A DNA stretch of 61,966 bases from Pyrinomonadales bacterium (GTDB taxonomy: Bacteria > Acidobacteriota > Blastocatellia > Pyrinomonadales > Pyrinomonadaceae). The DNA is taken from contig JBBQUS010000032.1 of assembly GCA_038212235.1 (NCBI GenBank), positions 1-61,966 of the forward strand. Direction: 5' to 3'. A model generated the notes under the pieces. It was not told where the DNA came from and searched no databases. It saw nothing but the letters and a program-made list of their open reading frames with translations. This document shows positions 17,597-27,828 of the stretch, piece after piece (the stretch's first letter is position 1; every line of letters starts with the position of its first letter). A program made the position numbers and the translations under genes.

Positions 17597-19510
17597 ATGA
17601 AAAACGGCATTTCTTCGGTTTTTTCGGACGGTAAACTAAATCGGGCTTTCCTAGCTCTCTTTTTAGTTGGATTATTGTTTCTTGAACCGCTCGCGGCGAA
17701 GGCCGACTTTCCGACGAATGTTGACAAAAAAACTGTCAAAATTGCCAGAATGAAACCCGACCAGCGCGTCGAACATGTTCTCTCCAGATTGAGTTTTGGA
17801 GCGCGTCCGGAGGATTTTGAGAAAGTCAAAGAAATCGGCGTTGAGGCTTATATCGAACAGCAGCTTAATCCCGAAAATATTGATGACCGGGCGCTCGACG
17901 CGCGACTCGCAAAACTTTCCACGCTCTCGCTGGCAACTCCGGCTTTGATCAGCAAATACAATCCGCCGAAACCGGCGCCGTCACCGTCTCCTGCCCCATT
18001 ACCGAGTCCGGACGCGGCTAAGCCGACGACGATGCCGAAGCAGAGCGAAATGCCGTCAAACACTATCTCAGCCAAGCCGACGGAAATGAAACCTGATGCC
18101 GCGCCAAAAATTTCAGCGCTCGACGTTCCGCAAAATCCGGTTCAGCCGGTAAAATCTGCGGCAAACACTCAACCGACACCGACGCCCAAACCGACGCCCG
18201 CACCGCCCAATCCGCAGCAAGTCGTGACGGAATTGCAGCGCGCCAAACTTCTCCGCGCGACTTATAGCGAACGGCAGTTAAACGAAGTAATTATTGATTT
18301 TTGGGAAAATCATTTTAGCATCTACGCGCAAAAAGATGCCGACCGCTGGCTGTTGACCGGATTTGACCGCGAAGCGATTCGCCCGTTTGCTCTCGGGCGT
18401 TTTCGCGATTTGCTCGGAGCGACGGCAAAAAGCCCGGCGATGCTGTTTTATTTAGACAACTGGCAGTCAAGCGTGCTCCATAAATATCCGGCGGCGAACG
18501 GCAAACCCGCCCGAGAAACCGGCGGCATCAACGAAAATTACGCCCGCGAGTTGATGGAACTGCACACTTTGGGAGTTGACGGCGGCTACACGCAAAAGGA
18601 CGTTCAGGAAATCGCCCGCTGTTTTACCGGCTGGACAATCTATCGGCCAAACGAAAGCGGGCTTTTTATGTTTAATCCGGGAATGCATGACGGGGGCGAA
18701 AAAGTCGTTTTGGGACAGAAAATTCCGGCTGGCGGCGGCATTTCGGACGGCGAACGAGTGCTCGATATTTTATCCAAGCAACCGGCGACCGCGCGTTTTA
18801 TCGCGACCAAACTGGCGCGGCGCTTTGTCGGTGACAATCCGCCGCTCGCGCTCATCAATCAGGCGGCAAAAGTCTTTCTGCAAACCGACGGCTCGATTCG
18901 TGAAACTCTGCGCTCGATTTTAACCTCACCCGAATTTTTTGCCCCCACTGCATACCGCGCCAAAGTCAGATCGCCTTTTGAATATGCGGCTGCCGCGCTG
19001 CGGCTGCTCCAGGCGGAAACAGACGCCGACCGCCCCGTGCTCGATTGGATTGGCCGGATGGGAGAACCGACGTTTGGCAAAATTACGCCGGACGGCTTTC
19101 CCGAAGTCAGCACCGAATGGCTCTCGACCAATGATTTGCTGGCGCGATTTAATTTCGCCAACGCTCTCGTCACCAACAAAATCAAAGGCACCCGGGTTGA
19201 TATCAACAAAGTTTTAGCCAAAGCTGATTTAAACGATGCGCAGGCGGTAACCAGAGAATTGATTCAACTGGCATTTGTCAACAATATTACTCCGCAAACA
19301 CAGGCGGTGCTTGATAAATCAGTGCAGGCCGCCGCCGGAAAAGCAACGGAAAATAAACAGCCCGTGCCGCCAAAAGACGCAGCAGCCGCGGCCGATTCTT
19401 CCGTCAAACCGAAACCCGAAAATTTGGCGGCAAATATTCAAAAATTTCCCGATTACGTCGGCGAAATAATGACTCTGGTGATTGGTTCGAGAGAATTTCA
19501 AACAAGATAA
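17597..19510 (+). CDS. DUF1800 family secreted protein with a Pro/Ala-rich linker
   Basis: Signal peptide. Conserved DUF1800 blocks (MLFYLDNWQS, ENYARELMELHTLGVDGGYTQKDV). No adjacent DUF1501 partner. Confidence 0.6.
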   Translation: MKNGISSVFSDGKLNRAFLALFLVGLLFLEPLAAKADFPTNVDKKTVKIARMKPDQRVEHVLSRLSFGARPEDFEKVKEIGVEAYIEQQLNPENIDDRALDARLAKLSTLSLATPALISKYNPPKPAPSPSPAPLPSPDAAKPTTMPKQSEMPSNTISAKPTEMKPDAAPKISALDVPQNPVQPVKSAANTQPTPTPKPTPAPPNPQQVVTELQRAKLLRATYSERQLNEVIIDFWENHFSIYAQKDADRWLLTGFDREAIRPFALGRFRDLLGATAKSPAMLFYLDNWQSSVLHKYPAANGKPARETGGINENYARELMELHTLGVDGGYTQKDVQEIARCFTGWTIYRPNESGLFMFNPGMHDGGEKVVLGQKIPAGGGISDGERVLDILSKQPATARFIATKLARRFVGDNPPLALINQAAKVFLQTDGSIRETLRSILTSPEFFAPTAYRAKVRSPFEYAAAALRLLQAETDADRPVLDWIGRMGEPTFGKITPDGFPEVSTEWLSTNDLLARFNFANALVTNKIKGTRVDINKVLAKADLNDAQAVTRELIQLAFVNNITPQTQAVLDKSVQAAAGKATENKQPVPPKDAAAAADSSVKPKPENLAANIQKFPDYVGEIMTLVIGSREFQTR

Positions 19511-19646
19511 ATTGGACAGCTTAGTCAAAAACGACCGATTCGTTTTATCATAGAAATTTAGGACAGAAATTAAAAAGCGCGCTTTGTCATGCGTCCGAAG
19601 AGACGAATGATAAATCCGGGCTTTTAACATCAACTCGAATTTTTTT

Positions 19647-20579
19647 ATGCAGGAACGTTTACAAAAACTTATTTCACAAGCCGGAATCGCTTCGCGGCGG
19701 CACGCCGAGGAAATGATTGCCGCCGGAGAGGTCACGGTTAACGGCGAAGTTGTCGCGCTCGGCGCGAAAGCCGATCCCGCCAAAGATCACATCAAAGTGC
19801 GCGGCAAGCTGATTAATACAAAACTCGAAAATCGCGAAAATGTTTACGTTTTGCTCAACAAACCGAAAGGTTTTTTGTCGAGCGTCTCCGATCCGGAAAA
19901 TCGGCGGCTCGTCACGGATTTAGTGCCGGAATCGCTCGGCAAACTGTATCCGGTCGGGCGGCTCGATTATTCGACCGAAGGCTTGATTATTCTGACCAAC
20001 GACGGCGAGTTTACAAATTTTGTGACTTCCGCCAAAAACAAAATTCCAAAAACCTACGAAGTCCGCGTCAAGGGTTTGCCAAACGATAAACAAATCGAAA
20101 CTCTAAAACGCGGCATCACGCTCGAAGACGGCTTTCGCACCGCGCCGTGCGAAATTCGCTTGATTGATCGAACCGAAAACAATGCCTGGTACGAAGTCAC
20201 TTTGATTCAAGGACACAATCAGCAAATCCGTAAAATGTTCGACGCGATTCATCATTCGGTTTCACGTCTGCGCCGAATCGCCATCGCTCATATCAAAATC
20301 GAGAAAATGCCGCTCGGCGCGTATCGTCTGCTCGCGCCGCACGAAATCAGACAGTTTAAACGTCCCATCCTCAAACCCGCCGTCAAACCGAGGGCCGTTT
20401 TAAAACCGCGCGAAAGAGTCGAACGCGCGCCGGCCAAACCGCCGGAAAGAGCTCAATCAAGAGAGCGAACTCCTTTCAGAGCAAAAGCGCCGCTTGGTGA
20501 AGGGACTCAATCAAGAGTGCGGCCCACAGCTCAAATCAGGCGGCCGCAGCAGCCTGGCGTAAAAAAAACAACTCGCTAA
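19647..20579 (+). CDS. rluB: 23S rRNA pseudouridine synthase (RluB/RsuA family; S4 domain + PseudoU_synth_2) with an Arg/Pro-rich C-terminal tail
   Basis: S4 domain at the N-terminus. Catalytic GRLDYSTEGL motif. Confidence 0.8.
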   Translation: MQERLQKLISQAGIASRRHAEEMIAAGEVTVNGEVVALGAKADPAKDHIKVRGKLINTKLENRENVYVLLNKPKGFLSSVSDPENRRLVTDLVPESLGKLYPVGRLDYSTEGLIILTNDGEFTNFVTSAKNKIPKTYEVRVKGLPNDKQIETLKRGITLEDGFRTAPCEIRLIDRTENNAWYEVTLIQGHNQQIRKMFDAIHHSVSRLRRIAIAHIKIEKMPLGAYRLLAPHEIRQFKRPILKPAVKPRAVLKPRERVERAPAKPPERAQSRERTPFRAKAPLGEGTQSRVRPTAQIRRPQQPGVKKTTR

Positions 20580-20583
20580 ATAA

Positions 20584-20961
20584 TCATCGTTTTAATTGCG
20601 GACGCGTGTACCAGAAAGCCCACGCAATCAGGACAAACTGCACAGGCAGGCGGAGCCAGATGGCCGCCGGGCTAAACTGCGGAAATAATTCTGTGTTCAT
20701 CGCCATATAAATATTGGCGGGAAAAACCGCAACTAAAAGAGCAATCAAACCCCACGCCGCCAGCCGCGAATATTGCGGAATCAAGATCGTTGCGCCCAAC
20801 GCAATCTCGCAAATTCCGCTCAAACAAACCAAAAACAAATGCGCCGGAAGAAGCGGCGGCATGATTGAAAGATAAAACGCCGTGTTGACGAAATGATTTG
20901 CGCCCGCCAAGACGAAGGCCAAAGCCAGCAAATATTTGAGTAATAATTTAACAATTCGCAT
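20584..20961 (-). CDS. DoxX-family small integral membrane protein
   Basis: 125 aa with 4 predicted TM helices and a DoxX-like pattern. Confidence 0.5.
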   Translation of the reverse strand: MRIVKLLLKYLLALAFVLAGANHFVNTAFYLSIMPPLLPAHLFLVCLSGICEIALGATILIPQYSRLAAWGLIALLVAVFPANIYMAMNTELFPQFSPAAIWLRLPVQFVLIAWAFWYTRPQLKR

Positions 20962-21110
20962 TTGCCTTTGATAAAAGCATTTTAATAATGCTCATGTCTA
21001 ACTTGTCATGATTCTCTTAAAACAATTCTAGTCAATCTTGATTCGCGCTTTCGGTTATGACAAACTAAGTTTTAGTTATAAGTCTGAATTTTAAACTCGT
21101 AAAAAACCCA

Positions 21111-22253
21111 ATGAATTTTGAATTATCCGAAGATCAGAATCAAATAAAATACAGCGTTCGTGAATTTGCCGAAAGCGAGATTCGTTCCCATGTGATGGAG
21201 TGGGACGAGGCGCAGCATTTGCCGCTCGAACTATTTCCGAAAATGGCGGAACTCGGATTGCTTGGAATTATTTTCCCCGAGAATTATGGCGGCGCGGGGC
21301 TCGGCTACATTGAATACGCGACGATTATTGAAGAAATCGGACGCATTGACGGCTCGATTGCTTTGAGCGTGGCGGCGCACAATTCGCTTTGCAGCAATCA
21401 TATCTATCAATTTGGCAGCGAAGAGCAAAAGCAAAAGTATCTCGTGCCGCTCGCGACCGGCAAACACTTGGGCGCGTGGGGCTTAACCGAAGCTAATGCC
21501 GGCTCCGACGCTTCCGGAACGCGCACCACGGCGGTTCGCAATAACGGCGGCTGGATTGTCAACGGTTCCAAGAATTTTATTACTCATGCGATTTCCGGCG
21601 ACACCTGCGTGGCCGTTGCTGCAACCGACAAATCAAAGGGAAATAAGGGGATTACCGCATTCGTTTTTGAAAAGGGAATGAAAGGATTTTCCCCGGCTAA
21701 AAAAGAAAACAAACTCGGAATGCGCGCGTCGGAAACCGCTTCGGTCGTTTTCGAAGATTGCTACGTTGCGGATGAACAGCGGCTTGGCAACGAAGGCGAA
21801 GGTTTTTTGCAGGCGATGCAGATTCTGGACGGCGGGCGAATTTCGATTGCCTCAGTCGCGCTCGGCATCGCGCAGGGCGCTTACGAAGCCGCCGTGCGCT
21901 ATGCCAAAGAGCGGCATCAGTTCGGCCAGCCGATTGCCGAATTTCAAGCGATTCAATTCAAGTTGGCAGACATGGCAACGCAAATCGAAGCCGCGCGATT
22001 GTTAACAATGCGTGCCGCCGCGCTCAAAGACGCGGGCAAAAAAGTTACCAAAGAATCCGCGATGGCGAAACTTTACGCTTCGGAAGTTGCGGTTCGGGTT
22101 TCAGAAGAATCAATCCAGATTCACGGCGGTTACGGCTACACCAAAGATTACCCGGCTGAAAAATACTGGCGCGATTCCAAGCTGTGCACTATCGGCGAAG
22201 GTACATCCGAAATTCAACGCATCGTAATCGCTAAACAGCTGCTCAAATCATAG
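21111..22253 (+). CDS. Acyl-CoA dehydrogenase (short/branched-chain type)
   Basis: 380 aa with canonical ACAD blocks ([16 protein letters not shown]; C-terminal catalytic-Glu region [10 protein letters not shown]). Confidence 0.85.
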   Translation: MNFELSEDQNQIKYSVREFAESEIRSHVMEWDEAQHLPLELFPKMAELGLLGIIFPENYGGAGLGYIEYATIIEEIGRIDGSIALSVAAHNSLCSNHIYQFGSEEQKQKYLVPLATGKHLGAWGLTEANAGSDASGTRTTAVRNNGGWIVNGSKNFITHAISGDTCVAVAATDKSKGNKGITAFVFEKGMKGFSPAKKENKLGMRASETASVVFEDCYVADEQRLGNEGEGFLQAMQILDGGRISIASVALGIAQGAYEAAVRYAKERHQFGQPIAEFQAIQFKLADMATQIEAARLLTMRAAALKDAGKKVTKESAMAKLYASEVAVRVSEESIQIHGGYGYTKDYPAEKYWRDSKLCTIGEGTSEIQRIVIAKQLLKS

Positions 22254-22392
22254 AAAATAAAGAGTGTAGATTAAAACCTGCGTCTTTTTTTAAAATTTTA
22301 TATTGCATCTGTGTTGCGCGGTTGCATCTATGAAACAACTCTGGTAGATTGGTTGCGCCCCAAAAAATCACATCTACAAAGGAGCAAATTTT

Positions 22393-22893
22393 ATGAGTTT
22401 TAGCGCACCCTTTATCGCCGAATTGCAGCAGGAAGCAAAAACCACCAGAAAAGTTTTAGAGCGGATTCCAGAATCAGCTTTCAGTTGGAAACCGCACGAA
22501 AAATCAATGACTATGCTGCGACTGGCCACGCACGTCGCAGAAATGACGGGCTGGATTAAAGACACAGTTGAAAAGCCGGGCATTGATTTTGCCGCAATGG
22601 ATTACAAGCCGTTTGAACCAAAAACTACCGCCGAGCTGGTCGAATTCTTTGATCAAAAAGTTGCCGAATCAACCGAATCGCTCAAAAACACTTCGGATGA
22701 AGCGATGATGCAAAATTGGGTTATGCGAAACGGCGAGACTGTTTACATGGATTTGCCGCGAATCCAGGTGCTGCGCGGAGCGGTTTTCAATCATATCGTT
22801 CATCATCGCGGGCAGCTTGCGGTTTACCTGCGGTTAAATGAAATTCCTGTTCCCGAGCTTTACGGACCTTCGGCGGATGAAGGCCAAATGTAG
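22393..22893 (+). CDS. DinB/YfiT-like four-helix-bundle metal-dependent hydrolase superfamily protein
   Basis: HHRGQLAVYLR motif typical of DinB_2 / DUF664. Confidence 0.6.
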   Translation: MSFSAPFIAELQQEAKTTRKVLERIPESAFSWKPHEKSMTMLRLATHVAEMTGWIKDTVEKPGIDFAAMDYKPFEPKTTAELVEFFDQKVAESTESLKNTSDEAMMQNWVMRNGETVYMDLPRIQVLRGAVFNHIVHHRGQLAVYLRLNEIPVPELYGPSADEGQM

Positions 22894-22917
22894 CATTTTA
22901 AAATTAAATACAGATCA

Positions 22918-22962
22918 AACGAGTGACGCGCCGACAAAAAAACGCGTCACTCGTTGCGTTTA
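22918..22962 (+). terminator. Hairpin terminator after the DinB-like gene
   Basis: acgagtgacgcg-ccgacaaaaaaa-cgcgtcactcgt, a perfect 12-bp stem. Confidence 0.5.
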
Positions 22963-23020
22963 TGGCAAAAAATGAGAAAATCTAGTTTTGCACTTCTGTG
23001 ACGAAAACAAACAAAAGTAA

Positions 23021-23962
23021 ATGATAGATACGAATTTGCTGGAGAAGATTTGGAATGGCGATTTGCGCGCCGTGGCGCGGGCTATTTCAAAGGTCGAAGA
23101 CGGCGCTGCCGATGCCGCCACTTTGATGAAAGAAGTGTTTCCGCGCTCCGGTAATGCTGCGGTTATCGGCATCACCGGCTCGCCCGGAGCCGGCAAATCT
23201 TCGCTCGTTGATAAACTGGCGCTGCTTTATCGCAGCCAAAATCTAAAGGTTGGAATCATTTGCATTGATCCGTCGAGCCCATTTTCCGGCGGCGCGATTT
23301 TGGGCGACCGGATTAGGATGCAGACTTTGGGCTTGGATAAAAACGTTTTTATTCGTTCGATGGCGACGCGCGGCAACCTCGGCGGTCTGGCGCGCGCGAC
23401 GGTTGACGCGGTGGCAATTTTGGATGCGGCCGGATATGACAAAATTATTGTCGAAACGGTCGGCGTCGGACAGGACGAAGTGGAAATCGTTAAAACGGCT
23501 GATGTTTCAGTCGTAGTTTTAGTGCCGGGAATGGGCGACGACATTCAGGCGATCAAAGCGGGAATCATGGAAATCGGCGATGTGTTCGTGATCAACAAAG
23601 CTGACCGCGAAGGCGTCCTGCGCACCGTCAAAGAGCTTGAATCTCTGCTCTCGCTTGCACACCGGCAGGATTTCTGGAATCCCCCGATTGTCAAAACCGT
23701 TGCGACTGAAAACAAAGGTTTAGAGGATTTAGCGACGGCAATCGCATCTTACACCGATTTTCAAAAACAGAGTGAATCCAGTTTGACTCGAAAACGAGAA
23801 ATCGCTCGGTGGCGGCTGCTTGAACTGCTGCGCGAAACTTTACTGGCTCGCGCCCTAAATACGAATGGGACAAGCGAGAAACTGGAAAATTTAGCATTGG
23901 AAATTGCGGAAAAGCGGCGCGATCCTTATTCGGCAGTTGAGGAAATCTTGGGTGCAGGCTAA
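23021..23962 (+). CDS. meaB: Methylmalonyl-CoA mutase-associated GTPase MeaB (ArgK)
   Basis: P-loop GITGSPGAGKSSL, IVETVGVGQ and NKAD motifs. Confidence 0.85.
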   Translation: MIDTNLLEKIWNGDLRAVARAISKVEDGAADAATLMKEVFPRSGNAAVIGITGSPGAGKSSLVDKLALLYRSQNLKVGIICIDPSSPFSGGAILGDRIRMQTLGLDKNVFIRSMATRGNLGGLARATVDAVAILDAAGYDKIIVETVGVGQDEVEIVKTADVSVVVLVPGMGDDIQAIKAGIMEIGDVFVINKADREGVLRTVKELESLLSLAHRQDFWNPPIVKTVATENKGLEDLATAIASYTDFQKQSESSLTRKREIARWRLLELLRETLLARALNTNGTSEKLENLALEIAEKRRDPYSAVEEILGAG

Positions 23963-23978
23963 TTTCGGGAAAAATCCA

Positions 23979-24593
23979 ATGAAACGAAAAATTATTGATG
24001 CGAATCTTTCATATACATTTTCCGATTACTTCAAGCTGAACGCCGATGCGGAAGAAGTTCTGGCGTACTTTGATTTTTTGTTTGAAGTTGAAAAGCTCGA
24101 ACTGCCGCAAACTACAAAAGAAATCGAAAGATTGGGTGATTTAAACTTGCGATTGCAGGAAAATTTGGCGATGGTCAATCTGACCAACGAAATTGCCCGT
24201 CGTGAGTTTTTGATTGCTCCGGTGCTCTCTGAAGTCGCGCATTTTACTAATGGTAAAATCAAAGTTGAATATCCGATTGAAGTCAGCCAGCAGCTGAGAG
24301 GGACGCTCGACTATTTGCTGCGGGCTAACAATAATTTTCTCGTTGTCGAAGCCAAACAAGCTGATTTAACCAGAGGTTTTACGCAACTGGCGGTTGAATT
24401 GATTGCCTTCTCTGAGTGGGAAGAGAAAGATATTCTGTTTGGAGCGGTTTCGATTGGCGAAAGCTGGCGGTTCGGAAGGTTTGAACGGCAGAAAAAAATG
24501 ATCACGCAGGATCTGAATATCTATAACGTCCCTGCCGATTTAGAGACGCTAATGAGAATTTTAATTGGTATTCTTGAGGAAACTCGACTTTAG
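23979..24593 (+). CDS. Hypothetical protein with a PD-(D/E)xK nuclease-fold motif
   Basis: E...TLDYLL...NFLVVEAKQ arrangement (D-x(n)-E-x-K after a hydrophobic strand). Confidence 0.45.
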   Translation: MKRKIIDANLSYTFSDYFKLNADAEEVLAYFDFLFEVEKLELPQTTKEIERLGDLNLRLQENLAMVNLTNEIARREFLIAPVLSEVAHFTNGKIKVEYPIEVSQQLRGTLDYLLRANNNFLVVEAKQADLTRGFTQLAVELIAFSEWEEKDILFGAVSIGESWRFGRFERQKKMITQDLNIYNVPADLETLMRILIGILEETRL

Positions 24594-24596
24594 ATT

Positions 24597-25001
24597 ATGA
24601 AAATCAGTCATCTCGGAATCGCGACAAAGGACATTGATGAAGCGTTAAAATTTTGGCAAAACGCGCTCGGGCTCGAACAAACGCACACCGAGACGGTCGA
24701 AGATCAAAAAGTGCGCGTCGCAATGCTTCCAATCGGCGAAACGCGGATTGAACTGCTTGAGCCGACATCGCCTGATTCGCCGATTTCCAAATTTCTTGAG
24801 AAACGCGGCGGCGGCATTCATCACATCGCCGTCGAAGTCGAAAACATTGAAGAATCTCTCCGGCAATTAAAACTATCGGGAGCCAGATTGATTGATGAAA
24901 CGCCGCGCACGGGAGCAGAAAATTGTCTCGTCGCTTTTGTGCATCCGCAATCTGCGGGCGGCGTTTTGCTCGAATTGATACAGCAAACTGAAAAACACTA
25001 G
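24597..25001 (+). CDS. Methylmalonyl-CoA epimerase (VOC/glyoxalase fold)
   Basis: 134 aa. HLGIATKDIDEA...IHHIAVEV pattern characteristic of MCE. Confidence 0.8.
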   Translation: MKISHLGIATKDIDEALKFWQNALGLEQTHTETVEDQKVRVAMLPIGETRIELLEPTSPDSPISKFLEKRGGGIHHIAVEVENIEESLRQLKLSGARLIDETPRTGAENCLVAFVHPQSAGGVLLELIQQTEKH

Positions 25002-25012
25002 AATTTAACTTA

Positions 25013-26356
25013 ATGAAAAAACACACGATTTTCGCTCTTTTGGCTCTTGTAACATGCGGATGTTTCGCCGCTTCAAGCTGCACTTCGATTCCAAACACGG
25101 TCACATCGCAACAGCCCGCCGCGATTACACAACTTACCGGCGAGCAACTTTCGCTTATTTTACCCAAACTTGCGCCGCCGCAAGCGTTGGCGCAATTGGC
25201 TGGAAATAAAGAGCAAGTCGAAGTTCTGCTAAAACAGGTTAAGCAAGTTTTGGCGCTGGCGGCGGATGCCAGAAAAAGCGGGATCGCGGATGAACCCGGC
25301 GTCAAACAGCAGCTTGATTTTACGGCTGCATCGGTTCTGGCGATTGAGTTTGAGAGAGATCAAAATAAAACCGCTCCTGATTCGCCGGCCGCGCCTTTTG
25401 CCAGCATCAAGCCGGAGGACGTTTCGGTTTTTATGGCCGAAGCGGGGAATGAGGCAAAGTTTAACTCGTTTGTCGAAGTTATCAAAAAGCAAATCGCAGA
25501 CGCGGCTCCGGCCGGCGCGCCGCCGAGAGATATCACCGATGACCAGCTCAAACAGTTTCGCGAACAGTGGGCAAAAACTTTGATTACCGAACGCAAAGCC
25601 AGAGCCGCCGGGTTCGACAAAAAGCCGGAGATCGCTTTGCAAATCGGTTTGCAGCAGGCAAGTTTGCTGGCTCAGGAATACGGCAAACGCAAAGATAAAG
25701 AGTTTGACGTGGAAGATGCGACACTTAACGATTACATCGCGCAGCATCCGGAATTTGACACGAGCAAACAGCGCGAAAAGGCCGAAGGCGTTTTGAAACG
25801 CGCCCAAGCGGGCGAAGATTTTGCCAAACTTGCCAATGAATTTACCGAAGACCCCGGCAATAAAGATCCGAAAACCGGCAAACCAAACGGCGGACTTTAC
25901 ACTGACATCAAAAAAGGACAGTTTACGCCTGACTTTGAAAACGCCGCTCTTGCGCTTGAAAAAGGAAAAATCACTGCGAACTTGGTTGAAACCCCTTTCG
26001 GTTATCACATCATCAAATTAGAAGATAAAAAAACGACCAAGGATAAAGACGGCAAGGACGAAGAAACTTTTTCGGTACGGCATATTTTGATCTCGACCGC
26101 TGGCCCGCCCGATCCGAGCAATCCTTTTAGTCAGCCGAAAAACATGCGGGAAAGCGCCCGGGACAAAATCAAAAAAGAGAAAAGCGACAAATGGATTGAA
26201 GAAGTCGAAGCGCGCAATCCAATCACATTGCCAAAACCCGAAGAAGTTAAAATCGAAGCTCCGACGCTGCCCGTTCCGCCGTCAGGATTGGGAGGCGGGC
26301 AGCCGCAGCCCGGTCCTCCGCCAGCAGCCGCTCCGCCGTCAAACGAGAAAAAATAA
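25013..26356 (+). CDS. Parvulin-type peptidyl-prolyl isomerase lipoprotein (SurA/PrsA-like) with a Pro/Gly-rich tail
   Basis: Lipoprotein signal (LVTCGC). PpiC motifs VRHILIS, FGYHIIKLEDK. Confidence 0.75.
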   Translation: MKKHTIFALLALVTCGCFAASSCTSIPNTVTSQQPAAITQLTGEQLSLILPKLAPPQALAQLAGNKEQVEVLLKQVKQVLALAADARKSGIADEPGVKQQLDFTAASVLAIEFERDQNKTAPDSPAAPFASIKPEDVSVFMAEAGNEAKFNSFVEVIKKQIADAAPAGAPPRDITDDQLKQFREQWAKTLITERKARAAGFDKKPEIALQIGLQQASLLAQEYGKRKDKEFDVEDATLNDYIAQHPEFDTSKQREKAEGVLKRAQAGEDFAKLANEFTEDPGNKDPKTGKPNGGLYTDIKKGQFTPDFENAALALEKGKITANLVETPFGYHIIKLEDKKTTKDKDGKDEETFSVRHILISTAGPPDPSNPFSQPKNMRESARDKIKKEKSDKWIEEVEARNPITLPKPEEVKIEAPTLPVPPSGLGGGQPQPGPPPAAAPPSNEKK

Positions 26357-26401
26357 CGGTATTTAACTTAAAAACAGATTTATTGAGGAGAAATAAAAGT
26401 C

Positions 26402-27820
26402 TTGAAATCATCTACCAGAGCGTTGCTCGCAATCGGCGTTTTCGCCGTTTTAATGATCGGCTTGCTCGTCTGGAGCGTTCAGTATAACCGCGCCAAAGCC
26501 GAAGAGCTGGAAAAACAGATTTTAACGAAATTGGATGGAAAGGACATTAACCTTTTAATCCAAAGTCAGGCCAAAGGCAGCCCGCAGCAACTGGCCGCGC
26601 TCAACGATAATCCAGCCGCGCGCAAAGAGATTTTGGAGCAGCTGCGCGGTTTGCTGGCGGAAGGCGCGGCCGCCCGCCGCGCCGGATTTGCGGATGATCC
26701 GGCGACCAAAGCGCAAATGGATTTGCAGGAAAAAATCCTGGTTGCCAACCTTTACGACACCGAACAAAATCAGGGTAAACCCGCCCCGCCATTCGGCAAC
26801 GTGACGCCTGAGGAAATTGATGCCTTCTGGAAAAATCCGGCGCATGAGGCCGAATTTAACAAAGCGCTTGACGTTCAAACCAACGCCGTCAAAGCTGCCG
26901 GTCAAACCGCGCCGAAACTTGAAGGAAAAAGACTTGATGACACCCGAAAAGCGTTTGCCGGTTTGATGGTCACTTACGAAAAAGCCAAAGATAACGGGAA
27001 GTTTATGAGCGAGCGCGAGTTGCAGCTGCAAATAGCTTTGCAGCAAACGATTTCGCTGGCGCGCGAATACTCAGCCAAAAAACTTGCCAAAGAAGTCGAG
27101 CCGACTAAAGAAGAAATCGCCGCCTATCTTGTTCAGCATCCGGAATACGACGCCAAAAAACAGCGCGAGAAGGCCGAAAGCATTTTGCTTCGAGCCAAGG
27201 CGGGCGAAGATTTTGCCGCGCTGGCCAATGAATTTACCGAAGACCCGGGCAATAAAGACCCGCAAACCGGACAGCTCAAAGGTGGTTTATACGAAGACAT
27301 TCCGCAGGGCTCGTTTGTCCCGGAATTCGAAGCTGCGGCGCTCGCAGTCGAAAAAGGACAGGTCGTGCCGAATATTGTCGAGTCACAATTCGGTTATCAC
27401 ATTATCAAGCTCGAAGACAAAAAAGTCGGCAAAAGCCCTGACGGCAAAGACGGAGTGATTTTCTCGGCGCGTCATATTTTGCTGCAAAGCAAATTTCCCG
27501 CTCCGAACAGCAGTCCGATGGGACGACCGCAAATGTTGAGCGGCGATGAAATTGCCCGCGCCGCCGTGGGTGAAGAAAAACAAAAGAAAGTGATTGAAGA
27601 ACTGGTCGCCCGCAACAAAATCGAATTGCCCGAAGATTTCACGGTTGACGTTCCGGAAGGGGCGGACGGCAGCGCGCCGCTGCCGCCGCAAAATATGCCG
27701 CCCGGAATGATCGCGCCTACCGCGCCAAAAGGCGGCAAGCCGATTGCGGCAGCGCCAAACGGCAAACCCGTAATAGCGGCGCCGACCGTCGCGCCAAAAG
27801 CAACAAGTAAAAAACCGTAG
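26402..27820 (+). CDS. Parvulin-type peptidyl-prolyl isomerase, membrane-anchored, tandem paralog of the upstream gene
   Basis: TTG start with an upstream GGAG. TM anchor. EFTEDPGNKDP...GGLY...FGYHIIKLEDKK block shared with the upstream gene. Confidence 0.75.
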   Translation: MKSSTRALLAIGVFAVLMIGLLVWSVQYNRAKAEELEKQILTKLDGKDINLLIQSQAKGSPQQLAALNDNPAARKEILEQLRGLLAEGAAARRAGFADDPATKAQMDLQEKILVANLYDTEQNQGKPAPPFGNVTPEEIDAFWKNPAHEAEFNKALDVQTNAVKAAGQTAPKLEGKRLDDTRKAFAGLMVTYEKAKDNGKFMSERELQLQIALQQTISLAREYSAKKLAKEVEPTKEEIAAYLVQHPEYDAKKQREKAESILLRAKAGEDFAALANEFTEDPGNKDPQTGQLKGGLYEDIPQGSFVPEFEAAALAVEKGQVVPNIVESQFGYHIIKLEDKKVGKSPDGKDGVIFSARHILLQSKFPAPNSSPMGRPQMLSGDEIARAAVGEEKQKKVIEELVARNKIELPEDFTVDVPEGADGSAPLPPQNMPPGMIAPTAPKGGKPIAAAPNGKPVIAAPTVAPKATSKKP

Positions 27821-27828
27821 AGAAGCCA

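Noticed and set aside
17431-17829. 132-aa minus-strand ORF between scpB and the DUF1800 gene
   Set aside because: It overlaps the signal-peptide region of the convincing + strand DUF1800 gene and has no motif. Probably non-coding.
25229-26008. 259-aa ORF antisense to the first PPIase gene; similar long antisense ORFs at 24604..25305, 40684..41442, 8378..8947 and 15637..16062
   Set aside because: They lie wholly inside well-supported genes on the opposite strand. Their translations are Arg/Ser/Phe-rich and low-complexity, typical of frames read through GC-biased codons.
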